64,000 bases of DNA, taken from an uncultured Actinomycetota bacterium. GTDB lineage: Bacteria; Actinomycetota; UBA4738; HRBIN12. How positions within the stretch are numbered: position 1 is the first letter of the stretch; the number at the start of each line of letters is the position of its first letter. Below, piece by piece: positions 29,229-38,897 of this stretch. Where the stretch lies: assembly GCA_963746335.1 (NCBI GenBank), contig CAVVAK010000004.1:24672-88671 (forward strand), in the 5' to 3' direction. Below the pieces are notes generated by a model. The model saw nothing but the letters and a program-made list of their open reading frames with translations, made no database searches and was not told where the DNA came from. The position numbers and the translations under genes were made by a program.

Positions 29229-30187
29229 CGTGGTGAGGACATCTCCTGGGCCATCACTTCGAGGTCGAAGGCTTCCTTCCGGATCCGAAGATCGAAGTAG
29301 AGCAGCACCGTGATCAAGGTCGAGAACGGTGTCGTGATGATCGCCGCCAGGGAGCCTCCGATCGCGAGGAACGGCCATCCTCCGGGACCGATCTCCGCGA
29401 ACGCGATCGTTCCCGGGATCGACAGGATGCCCTCGACGACGCTCGCCATGATCCCTGCGAGCACCAGCGTCCCCAAGATCTTCCAGAAGAAGCCCTTCGC
29501 GAGCTCCCACGATCGGCGGAGGGCCTTGGACCCTTTCTTCCCCTCGACGACGAGCACGGTCGATCCGAACACGAACCGCACGAACGCGATGATCAAGAAG
29601 ACGACCATGACGATCCCGAGGACGATGGCGATCTCTTCTGCCCCCAGGGCCGCCCCGAAGATGAGGAGCACCACCCCGGGGATGAGGACCAAGAGGATCA
29701 GCAGGATCGTGATCCACAGGATCGAGTGGATCCGCGACACCGCGTAGCGGAAGGTCGGCCCGACCACCACCTCGTTGCCGAGGTAGACGTCGGCGGATGC
29801 CTTCGCGACCGCCGCCGTGAGGAACGGCTGGATCACCAACACCTGGATGACCCCCAGCACGACCGACGTGATCAGCGTGCCATCGACGTCCCCGGAGACG
29901 GAGGCCTCGGTGGAGAAGGGGCTTCCCATGCTTCGCGTCAAGAACGCCTGCAGGAACGTGATCGGCACGAGCGCGATCGCCACGATCGCCATCAGGCTCT
30001 TCCACTGTGCGCGATACAACCTGATCGCGGCATCCAGGATCTCTCCGACGCCCATGGGCCGCAACGCGAGCGGCCGGCTCCGCGAAGCGGTCGGGATCCC
30101 CGACGGCGGCGGGGGCAAGGGTTGGCCGGGTGGCAACGGCGGGGGTGGCGGTGGCTGACCGTCCATCCGACGCATCCTACGACGCAT
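29225..30187 (-). CDS. Membrane protein with Pro-rich N-terminus (GPDPase-membrane-domain/UPF0259-like)
   Basis: 320-aa ORF. PPPPPPLPPGQPLPPPP leader, GEILDAAIRLYRAQWKSLMAIVAIALVP, and about 6 hydrophobic segments. First gene of the MoxR cluster. Confidence 0.7.
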   Translation of the reverse strand: MRRRMRRMDGQPPPPPPLPPGQPLPPPPSGIPTASRSRPLALRPMGVGEILDAAIRLYRAQWKSLMAIVAIALVPITFLQAFLTRSMGSPFSTEASVSGDVDGTLITSVVLGVIQVLVIQPFLTAAVAKASADVYLGNEVVVGPTFRYAVSRIHSILWITILLILLVLIPGVVLLIFGAALGAEEIAIVLGIVMVVFLIIAFVRFVFGSTVLVVEGKKGSKALRRSWELAKGFFWKILGTLVLAGIMASVVEGILSIPGTIAFAEIGPGGWPFLAIGGSLAAIITTPFSTLITVLLYFDLRIRKEAFDLEVMAQEMSSPR

Positions 30188-30215
30188 CCCGGCCGGCTCG
30201 ACCTAAGGGGCTCGT

Positions 30216-30235
30216 CGCGCCGGGCGGCCGGCGCG
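30216..30235 (-). terminator. G/C-only hairpin (8-bp stem, 4-nt loop) 20 nt downstream of the tRNA-Leu 3' end; candidate terminator
   Basis: CGCGCCGG-GCGG-CCGGCGCG read directly from the sequence. There is no U-tract, so terminator function is uncertain. Confidence 0.35.
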
Positions 30236-30254
30236 GAGGACTCACTCCGAGGAG

Positions 30255-30340
30255 TGCCCGGGGTGGGATTCGAACCCACACGCCCCTTCCGGGGCAAGCG
30301 CTTTTAAGGCGCCGTCGTCTGCCTGTTCCGACACCCGGGC
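30255..30340 (-). tRNA. tRNA-Leu, anticodon UAA
   Basis: Hand-folded from the reverse strand. Acceptor GCCCGGG/CCCGGGC with discriminator A. Anticodon stem GGCGC/GCGCT with loop CTTAAAA (anticodon TAA). Long variable arm TGCCCCGGAAGGGGCGT. T arm GTGGG-TTCGAAT-CCCAC. 86 nt, no encoded CCA. Confidence 0.9.
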
Positions 30341-30379
30341 CGGTTCGATGCTAGCGCTCCGTAGGCCACTCGGGTACTC

Positions 30380-30847
30380 ATGTTGGTCCTTCGGGTGACC
30401 GATACAAGCGGGGTGAGAGACGAACGTGGATTCACCCTCATCGAGCTGATGATCGTGGTGATGATCATCGGTGTCCTCGTCGTGATCGCACTGCCCACCT
30501 TCCTGGGAGCACGGACGAAGGCTTATGACCGTGCGGTGCAGTCCGACATCCGGAACGCGTTCGCTGCCGAGAAGGCCTACTTCACGGACACCCTCACCTA
30601 TACGACCGATCCTGCGGAGATGACGGCGATCGAGGCTGCCATCCTCTATGTGGATGGCGACACGCCGCTGATCACCGGCGTGGCGTACCTCCACCTCCAT
30701 CCGATCCCTAACGCGATCTTCGTGTCCGGGATGAGCGTTTCCGGCACCTGCTTCTACCTGCGCGAGATCGACGGCGGCGGCGTCCGGTTCGCGACGGACA
30801 CCGCGTGCGGCGTGGCCGACATCCAGGTCTTCGGGAGCTCCTGGTAG
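30380..30847 (+). CDS. Type IV pilin/pseudopilin (prepilin-type N-terminal cleavage/methylation domain)
   Basis: 155-aa ORF. Class III signal ...DERG/FTLIELMIVVMIIGVLVVIALPTF with Glu at +5. Two Cys near the C-terminus (SGTCFYL...DTACGV). Confidence 0.8.
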   Translation: MLVLRVTDTSGVRDERGFTLIELMIVVMIIGVLVVIALPTFLGARTKAYDRAVQSDIRNAFAAEKAYFTDTLTYTTDPAEMTAIEAAILYVDGDTPLITGVAYLHLHPIPNAIFVSGMSVSGTCFYLREIDGGGVRFATDTACGVADIQVFGSSW

Positions 30848-30917
30848 ACAAGGCGCCACCGCAAGAGCTCCGACTTTTGCCCCCCGATGTCCGGCCCGCG
30901 GTCGCTACCATCCGGAG

Positions 30918-31922
30918 ATGCGAGATCTCACGGCGCTGCCGAAGGCCGAGCTGCACGTGCATCTGGAAGGGGCGATGCGGGTCACCACCGTTCGGGAGCT
31001 CGCGGACCGAGCCGGTGCCGCGACGCCCCTAGGTCTCACGGGCGAGGGCTGGCGCTTCGCGGGACCCGACGACTTCATCGCGCAGTACACGGCGGCCTGC
31101 GCCCTTCTGGCCGAAGCGGAGGACTTCCGGCGTATCGCCTATGAATTCTGCGAGGACGAGTCGCGGAACGGCGTCCGTTACGTCGAGGTCGTGTTCTCCC
31201 CCAGCAACCACGCCACGCGCCTCGGTGAGGACTGGTTCGGGCCGATCGAAGCGGTGCTGGACGGCCTCGAGGCCGGACGGCGCGACTTCGGGGTGACGGC
31301 CCGCGTCGCGCCCGATCTCGTGCGCGACGCGGGCCTCGAGATGGCCGAGCGGTCACTCGAGGTCGCGCTGAAGTACGCCGGGCGCGGCGTGGTGGCACTG
31401 AACGCCGCGGGCAGTGAACGGTCGGCGGTCGCCCCCTTCGGCCCTCTCTTCCGACGTGCGAAAGACGCGGGCCTCCGATCCGTACCGCACGCTGGCGAGT
31501 GGGCCGGCCCCGGCAACGTGTGGGAGACGCTCGAGCACTGCATGCCCGATCGCATCGGGCATGGAGTGCGGTCGGTCGAAGACCCGATCCTCGTCCGGCA
31601 TCTCGCGGAGAGGGGGATCCCGCTCGAGGTTTCGCCCGTGTCCAACGTCGCCACCGGTGTGTACCCGTCGCTCGCGGAGCACCCGTTCCGGGTGCTCCGA
31701 GACGCCGGCGTCACGGTGACCCTCAACTCCGACGACCCGCCGATGTTCGGAGCATGGCTCGCCGACGTCTACCGAGCGGCGGCGGAGACCTGGAGCTACG
31801 ACGAGGACTCGCTGGCGGAGATCGCCCGCACGGGCGTGCGAGCTTCGTTCGCCGACGACGATCTCAAGTCGGAGATCCTCGAGGGCATCGATACCTGGCT
31901 CGCCGAGCCCGGCGGAAGCTGA
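30918..31922 (+). CDS. add: Adenosine deaminase
   Basis: 334-aa ORF. Motifs: LPKAELHVHLEGA (metal-binding HxH), SVPHAGE, RIGHG, TLNSDDP. Confidence 0.9.
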   Translation: MRDLTALPKAELHVHLEGAMRVTTVRELADRAGAATPLGLTGEGWRFAGPDDFIAQYTAACALLAEAEDFRRIAYEFCEDESRNGVRYVEVVFSPSNHATRLGEDWFGPIEAVLDGLEAGRRDFGVTARVAPDLVRDAGLEMAERSLEVALKYAGRGVVALNAAGSERSAVAPFGPLFRRAKDAGLRSVPHAGEWAGPGNVWETLEHCMPDRIGHGVRSVEDPILVRHLAERGIPLEVSPVSNVATGVYPSLAEHPFRVLRDAGVTVTLNSDDPPMFGAWLADVYRAAAETWSYDEDSLAEIARTGVRASFADDDLKSEILEGIDTWLAEPGGS

Positions 31923-31931
31923 GCGACGGCG

Positions 31932-32816
31932 CTACGCCCCTCCGCCGGTCTTCTCGATCGTCACCTTCTCGATGTAGACGGCGAGCTTCGGGCGCTGACC
32001 GGAGAGATCCGTCGCATTCGGGTCCACGATCGGTAGGGCTTGGATCTCCTGGGCGACGTCGAGCCCCTCGACGACCTTTCCGAAGATCGTGTAATTCGGG
32101 TTCCCGTCGAGATTGGTGCCATCGGGGCCGGTGATGAGGAAGAACTGGCTTCCACCCGTGTTGGCCCCCGCGTTGGCCATCGCGAGGGTGCCCGGCGTGT
32201 AGGACAGCTTGCCGGCGAGCTCGTCGGGGATCGCGTACCCGGGACCGTCCTGCCCCGTTCCGGACGGATCACCACCCTGGATCACGTCGATCGAGGTGTC
32301 CAGGCGATGGAAATACTGGCCGTCGAAGTAGCCCTCGTTCGCCAGGAAGACGAAGGAGTTCACGGTCTGCGGCGCGCGCTTCGCATCGAGCTCGATCACG
32401 ATGGTGCCGCACGAGGTCACCATCGTGGCCGTGTAGGTCGCCTTCCTGCCGATCGTCATCGGCGGCGGACCGGCGAACTGCGGCTTGGGCTTCCCGGCTT
32501 TGGCGGGCACCTCGCCGCCGCACGCCACCTCACCGGAATCGTTGGCGGCGGTGGGAGTGATCGTCCCGGTCTTCGTGCCGGGTGCGGCGGAGGGCGACGC
32601 GCTCGGCGAGGGGCTCGTCGATGGGGTCGAGGATGGCGCGGCGGCATCGGTGTCGTCGCCGAGCAGCATGCCGAGGCCCACGACCACCACGGCCACCGCG
32701 AGCACTCCGACGACGACGCCCACGATGAGGTTGCGCCTGCGTACGGCGGCGTCTCGCTCCGCCTGCCGTCGGGCGGCGAGCTTGGCGAGCTGGCGATCCC
32801 TGCTGCGTTTGGACAT
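31932..32816 (-). CDS. Membrane-anchored cyclophilin-type peptidyl-prolyl isomerase
   Basis: 294-aa ORF. N-terminal anchor LIVGVVVGVLAVAVVVVGLGMLL, a Ser/Pro/Thr linker, then VNSFVFLANEGYFDGQYFHR...GGDPSGTGQDGPGY...LAMANAGANTGGSQFF. Confidence 0.9.
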   Translation of the reverse strand: MSKRSRDRQLAKLAARRQAERDAAVRRRNLIVGVVVGVLAVAVVVVGLGMLLGDDTDAAAPSSTPSTSPSPSASPSAAPGTKTGTITPTAANDSGEVACGGEVPAKAGKPKPQFAGPPPMTIGRKATYTATMVTSCGTIVIELDAKRAPQTVNSFVFLANEGYFDGQYFHRLDTSIDVIQGGDPSGTGQDGPGYAIPDELAGKLSYTPGTLAMANAGANTGGSQFFLITGPDGTNLDGNPNYTIFGKVVEGLDVAQEIQALPIVDPNATDLSGQRPKLAVYIEKVTIEKTGGGA

Positions 32817-32828
32817 CGGCGGTCGAGG

Positions 32829-34220
32829 TTACCGGACGTCCAGCAGTTCCAGGGCTAAGCCGTCCAGGATGTCCGTCTCGCTCACGAGCGCCCGCTCGAA
32901 CCCGAAGCGCCGCATCGCATTCACCAGGATCGTCGCGCCGGCGACGATCACGTCGCCCCGGCCGGTGGGCATCACGGGGATCGCGGCACGCTCCACGTTG
33001 GTCATCGTGGCCAGGTCCGAGAGGGTCCGCATGGCATCTGCGATCGAGAGGGTCGATCGGTGGATCACGTCCGGGTCGTAGCGCACGAGCCCGAGCGCAC
33101 AGGCCTGGAGGGTGGTCGCCGTGCCCGCCACCGCCACGAGCGTGCGCGCGTCCCGAGCGGGAACCGCTCGCTCGACCTCCTCGAGGTGCGGCTCGATCAG
33201 CGCTCCGAAGGCACGGAGATCGTCCCCGGTCGGTGGGTCCGAAGGCCGGACGCGCTCGGTGAGTCGGACGCTCCCCATCTGCGTGGAGATCGCGTGGTCA
33301 ACGATCGAGGGTTCCCGTCCGGACACGAACTCCGTGGACCCGCCGCCGATGTCGACCAGGAGGAACGGCCCGTCGGCGGGATCGAGTCCCCGCGTTCCCC
33401 CGAGGAACGAGAGCGCGGCCTCCCGCTCTCCGTCGATCACCTCGGGATCGGAGTCGAGCAGCTTCCGCAGCGGCTCGACGAGCTCCTCCCTGTTCGAGGC
33501 GTCGCGAACGGCGCTGGTGGCTCCGAGACGGATGCGCTCCGCGTGCAGGGCACGAGCTCGGCGGACGAACCGGGCAACGACACTCAGGGTCCGATGGATC
33601 GACTCGGGAGCGAGCCTGCCGGTGCGATCCACATCCTTCCCCAGACGCGTGATGCGCATGTCTCGTGTGATCTCCAACGGGTCCTCACCCGGACCTCTGG
33701 GTTCCAGCACGAGCAGACGGGTCGAGTTCGTGCCCTGATCGATCGCCGCCACCCGGCCGGTCCGGTCGGTCCCGTGGATCGGCTCCACCCGCTCGGCCGT
33801 CCACCGCCCCACCGCATCGTCTCCGCCCGTGAGGTGATAGGCGTAATGGGCGTGGAGGCACTTGATGCCTCGGCGCGTGCCGCCGACCCCGCCCCACTCC
33901 TGCGCGCCAGGAACCATCTCCCCGCGCTCGGCCGCGTAGGCACGATGGGCGTCCTCCAGACGTTGCGCGATCGCAGGGTCGCCACCGAGACGCGCGATCC
34001 ATCCCTCGGATTCGAGTCGCGAGACGGCCTTCACCGCGGCGGGACACGTGAGCCAGTAGATGGTGGGAAACGGGCGGCCCTCGGCGTCCAGCGGCCGGTT
34101 CCGGATCACCAGCGGATGCCCGCCGGTGCAGCGGGCGACGACCGAGAACGGAGTGGTGGGCTCACGGCCGAGTTGCCGATGGACCGCTTCGAGATCTGCT
34201 GCCCGGAGCTCGTCGCTCAC
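32829..34220 (-). CDS. DUF501 fused to a Ppx/GppA-family exopolyphosphatase
   Basis: 463-aa ORF. The N-terminal ~150 aa are DUF501-like (PFPTIYWLTCPAAVKAVSRLESEGW...GIKCLHAHYAYHL). The remainder is Ppx/GppA (RVAAIDQGTNSTRLLV, LLVDIGGGSTEF, TLVAVAGTATTL). Confidence 0.85.
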   Translation of the reverse strand: MSDELRAADLEAVHRQLGREPTTPFSVVARCTGGHPLVIRNRPLDAEGRPFPTIYWLTCPAAVKAVSRLESEGWIARLGGDPAIAQRLEDAHRAYAAERGEMVPGAQEWGGVGGTRRGIKCLHAHYAYHLTGGDDAVGRWTAERVEPIHGTDRTGRVAAIDQGTNSTRLLVLEPRGPGEDPLEITRDMRITRLGKDVDRTGRLAPESIHRTLSVVARFVRRARALHAERIRLGATSAVRDASNREELVEPLRKLLDSDPEVIDGEREAALSFLGGTRGLDPADGPFLLVDIGGGSTEFVSGREPSIVDHAISTQMGSVRLTERVRPSDPPTGDDLRAFGALIEPHLEEVERAVPARDARTLVAVAGTATTLQACALGLVRYDPDVIHRSTLSIADAMRTLSDLATMTNVERAAIPVMPTGRGDVIVAGATILVNAMRRFGFERALVSETDILDGLALELLDVR

Positions 34221-34223
34221 GGA

Positions 34224-34604
34224 CTACTTGCGCTTGTGCTCGACCGCGCGCTTGTAGTCGACCAACCGCTCCTCGGACTGACGCATGAACTTCTTCAGCA
34301 TCTGCTCGAATTCGGGATCGGACCCGCGCCGAGCCCGCGGGGGCGCCGGATCCTGCAATGCCTTGATCGAGAGATCGATCTTGCCGTCCTCCTTGATGGC
34401 GACGACCTTCGCCTGGACGACGTCCCCTTCGCGGAGGTGGTCGTGGACGTCCTTCACGTAGTTCCGATCGACCTCGGAGATGTGAACCAGCCCCAGACGT
34501 CCGTCTTCGAGCTGGAGGAACGCCCCGTAGGGGGTGATGCGGGCGACGGTCCCGTCGATCACCGCGCCGACTTCGATCTCTGCGATGAGAGCGATCCCTT
34601 CCAT
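34224..34604 (-). CDS. S1-domain RNA-binding protein
   Basis: 126-aa ORF. S1 fold signature VGAVIDGTVARITPYGAFLQLEDGRLGLVHISEV...GDVVQAKVVAIKEDGKIDLSIK. Confidence 0.85.
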   Translation of the reverse strand: MEGIALIAEIEVGAVIDGTVARITPYGAFLQLEDGRLGLVHISEVDRNYVKDVHDHLREGDVVQAKVVAIKEDGKIDLSIKALQDPAPPRARRGSDPEFEQMLKKFMRQSEERLVDYKRAVEHKRK

Positions 34605-34766
34605 CCAACGCGCCGCGAGGCGCGACCGAGGCGCGGCCCACCCGCGCGACAGGGGCCAGTGTGCGCGAAGCGCTGCGGGCCGTCAATGGGCCCGGGAGAG
34701 CGAACCCGCAGGTCACCGAGCCCAACCTCGTTCGTCTGGGGCTCCTCTGCGTTACCGTCGTGGGCC

Positions 34767-35636
34767 ATGCTCGTGCGGCGTTTCGATGATCCCCTCGCCT
34801 TCCAAGAGGCTGCAACCCCCTACCTCGTGAGGGACGAGGCCCGGAACAACCTGCTCCTCGGGATCTCCACCACGCTGATCCAGCGACCGGATCTCTACGA
34901 GGCGTTCGACCTCTGGATCGTCTCCGACGGGGACGACGTCACCGGAGCGGCGCTCCGCACACACCCGCTCAACCTCGTGCTCGCACAACCTTCAGACGAC
35001 GAGGCGCTGGACGCCCTCGTCGACCGGCTGCTCCAGGAGCGGCAGGCGCTCCCCGGGGTCATCGCGGCGCTCCCCGAGCTCGAAGCGTTCGTCGGCGCGT
35101 GGACGTCGGCGAACGATCTGGATGCCACGCGCGTGTTCCGCCACGGGGTCTATGAGCTGCGAGACGTGCTGCCTGTTCCGGCAGCTCCCGGTCACCCGCG
35201 TCCGGTGACTCCGGAGGACCGCGACCTCGTGATCCCATGGGTGGTCGCCTTCGCGGAAGAGGTGCTCCCGGCCGAGGGCGACGAGGCGGAGCGTCAGATC
35301 CGATTCGTGGAGTCCCGGCTCGCGGCCACCGACGAGGCCGGCATGTGGCTCTGGGAGGTCGATGGTCGGGCGGTGTCGGTCTCGGGCTACGGCGGAGCGA
35401 CGCCGAACGGCATGCGCATCGGACCCGTGTACACGCCACCCGATCTTCGCGGACGAGGCTACGCCACGACGCTCGTTGCGGAGCAGAGTCGCTGGTTGCT
35501 CCGGACGGGCCGGACGCTCTGCTTCCTTTACGCCGACCTCGACAACCCGACCTCGAACGCGCTGTACCGCCGGATCGGCTACCGGATGATCGCCGAAGCA
35601 GGCGAGGTCAGGTTCGATCCGCGGGACGTCGCCTAG
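34767..35636 (+). CDS. GNAT family N-acetyltransferase
   Basis: Frame of track ORF 33060..35636, trimmed to ATG 34767 because upstream it is antisense to ppx/S1. C-terminal GNAT core RIGPVYTPPDLRGRGYATTLVAEQSRW...NPTSNALYRRIGY. Confidence 0.75.
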   Translation: MLVRRFDDPLAFQEAATPYLVRDEARNNLLLGISTTLIQRPDLYEAFDLWIVSDGDDVTGAALRTHPLNLVLAQPSDDEALDALVDRLLQERQALPGVIAALPELEAFVGAWTSANDLDATRVFRHGVYELRDVLPVPAAPGHPRPVTPEDRDLVIPWVVAFAEEVLPAEGDEAERQIRFVESRLAATDEAGMWLWEVDGRAVSVSGYGGATPNGMRIGPVYTPPDLRGRGYATTLVAEQSRWLLRTGRTLCFLYADLDNPTSNALYRRIGYRMIAEAGEVRFDPRDVA

Positions 35637-35661
35637 CCCGCGGACTGGCCCGCGGGGCCCG

Positions 35662-36045
35662 CTAGCACTCGGGGGGAGGTGCCGGCACGCCTTCCTTCGG
35701 GACCACGACGAACGCGATCTCGCCGTGTTTCACCATCCCGAGGCACTGGCGCGCGAGCCGCTCGAGGAATGCCCGGTCGCGGAGCTCCTCGGCGCGTGCG
35801 GCGAGCGCTCCGTTCTTCCGCTCCAGCGTCGCGGCCTGTTCCTCGAACCGGGCGAGCTCCGCCTTCTGCTCGAAGTACATCTGCGCGGGCGCGACCGAAA
35901 GGGCGAGCACGCTGACGATGAGCGTCAGCAGGACGGTCGCGCGCGCCGTCAGGCGCGCGCGACGGCGACGACGCCGGCTCGGCGATGTGTCTCGTGTCCG
36001 GATGGCACCGGCAGAGACGGCAGGGGAAGGGGCCGTCGCGCGCAC
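35662..36045 (-). CDS. FtsB/DivIC-like septum formation initiator
   Basis: 127-aa ORF with an Arg-rich N-terminus, a single TM helix (TVLLTLIVSVLALSVAP), then a coiled coil (FEQKAELARFEEQAATLERKNGALAARAEELRD). It sits immediately downstream of eno, as in other actinobacteria. Confidence 0.75.
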   Translation of the reverse strand: MRATAPSPAVSAGAIRTRDTSPSRRRRRRARLTARATVLLTLIVSVLALSVAPAQMYFEQKAELARFEEQAATLERKNGALAARAEELRDRAFLERLARQCLGMVKHGEIAFVVVPKEGVPAPPPEC

Positions 36046-36048
36046 GTG

Positions 36049-37383
<1,335 letters not shown>

Positions 37384-38163
37384 CTACGGAAGGGACTCGC
37401 CTTCGGGCGGCTTCGTGAACTGCCAGAACCGACCGACGGGATCGAACCCCAGATCGACGTAGAGCTCCTTCGGCCAGTCGGCATCGTCGGCGATGAGGAA
37501 GACGAGATCCGCGCCTCCCTCTCGCGCATGGCGGACCGCGTGACCGACGACGCACCTGGCGATCCCGCGGCGGCGGAACCGTTCGAGCGTCTGCACGTCG
37601 TCGATCTCGGCGACGCCGTCGTGCACATACAGCTCGCAGAGGCCCGCGAGCACCCCGTCGACACGGGCGACGAAGAACCGGACGCCCGTCCGATCGACGA
37701 AGACCCGTCGGACGGCGGCGTTCGCCTCCGCCCCGGCCCGTGTGATGCCGCCGTGGCTCTGGAGGTTGGCCTCGAGCAGTAGCGGATAGATCTCGTCGAA
37801 CGTGGACTCCTCCGCCGTAGCGTCCGACTCCCGGTCGGCGTCACGGCGCCGCACCATGTAGACGAGCCGGTCGACCTCCCACCCATCTCGTCCGAACGTT
37901 TCGGCGAGTCTCGATCCGGTCGCTTCGTCGGGGACGACGATCGCGCGGTGCGCGAAGGCTTCGTACAGCCGATCGGTTTCGGCGATGAGCTGCTCCGTGG
38001 TCGCACCGACCGGCATCTCGAGCCGAAGGAGGTTGCCGTCGATGTACGACGGGAAGTCGTCGTTGAACAGGGCGGTGCCGAAGCCCGAGCGCTCGATGCG
38101 CGTGCTCGTGGACTCCTCCCGCCACCGGAGATACGACTCGATCCTGTCGCGGTCCTCGCTCAC
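37384..38163 (-). CDS. GNAT family N-acetyltransferase
   Basis: 259-aa ORF. C-terminal GNAT core VQTLERFRRRGIARCVVGHAVRHAREGGADLVFL. Confidence 0.75.
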   Translation of the reverse strand: MSEDRDRIESYLRWREESTSTRIERSGFGTALFNDDFPSYIDGNLLRLEMPVGATTEQLIAETDRLYEAFAHRAIVVPDEATGSRLAETFGRDGWEVDRLVYMVRRRDADRESDATAEESTFDEIYPLLLEANLQSHGGITRAGAEANAAVRRVFVDRTGVRFFVARVDGVLAGLCELYVHDGVAEIDDVQTLERFRRRGIARCVVGHAVRHAREGGADLVFLIADDADWPKELYVDLGFDPVGRFWQFTKPPEGESLP

Positions 38164-38216
38164 GTCGGCCGACGATATCGGTTGCGGATGCGAGAACGGC
38201 GACGCAGACTGCCCTC

Positions 38217-38885
38217 GTGGATCCGAGCGAACGACGGTCGGCGTGCTGCTTCGACGAGTGGGCGTCCCGGAACGCCGCGCGCGCGCGCAAGCGGGGCACG
38301 GTCGCCGACATCACTCGATCCTTGCTCGCCGCCCTGGAGGAGCAGGCTCCTCGGCGGCAAGGTCTGGTCGGGAGGACGGTGCTGGATCTCGGTTGCGGCG
38401 TCGGCGACCTGGCGCTCGCGACGCTCGCCCGCGGCGCCGCGAGCGCCGACGGCATCGACTTGGGTGAAGGAGCCATCGAGGAAGCCCGGTCGCTCGCCGC
38501 GGAGCGAGGGCTCGCGGATCGAGCGACCTTCTCGGTGGGCAACGGCGCGGTCGAGCGGCTCCAGCGACACGATGTGATCGCATTGAACCGGGTGCTGTGC
38601 TGCTACCCGAGCGTGGATCAGCTGCTGGAGAACGCGCTGGGCGCGGCGGGCGACGTGTTCGCGTACACGGCCCCGATCCACGCGGGTCTCAGGGGGCGGT
38701 TCAACCGGGTATGGATCGCGATCTCGAACAGGTGGTTCCGTCTGCGGGAGCGGAAGTTCCGAGGGTTCCAGGCCTTCGTCCACGACCTCGACGCGGTCGA
38801 TCGACGGATCGAGGACGCGGGTTTCCGGAAGGCACACGCGGCGCATCGCCGCGTGTGGCAGGTCGCCGTGTTCACGCGCGCCTGA
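38217..38885 (+). CDS. Class I SAM-dependent methyltransferase
   Basis: 222-aa ORF. SAM motif I VLDLGCGVGDLA, and post-I ADGIDLGEGAIEEA. Confidence 0.75.
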   Translation: MDPSERRSACCFDEWASRNAARARKRGTVADITRSLLAALEEQAPRRQGLVGRTVLDLGCGVGDLALATLARGAASADGIDLGEGAIEEARSLAAERGLADRATFSVGNGAVERLQRHDVIALNRVLCCYPSVDQLLENALGAAGDVFAYTAPIHAGLRGRFNRVWIAISNRWFRLRERKFRGFQAFVHDLDAVDRRIEDAGFRKAHAAHRRVWQVAVFTRA

Positions 38886-38897
38886 CCGCCTGCACGC

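Noticed and set aside
30188-30917. Genomic island or integrated element at tRNA-Leu (and similarly at tRNA-Gln, 54367..56027)
   Set aside because: No integrase, excisionase or transposase is present. I could not find a direct repeat of the tRNA 3' end, and the flanking genes have the same codon bias as the rest of the window.
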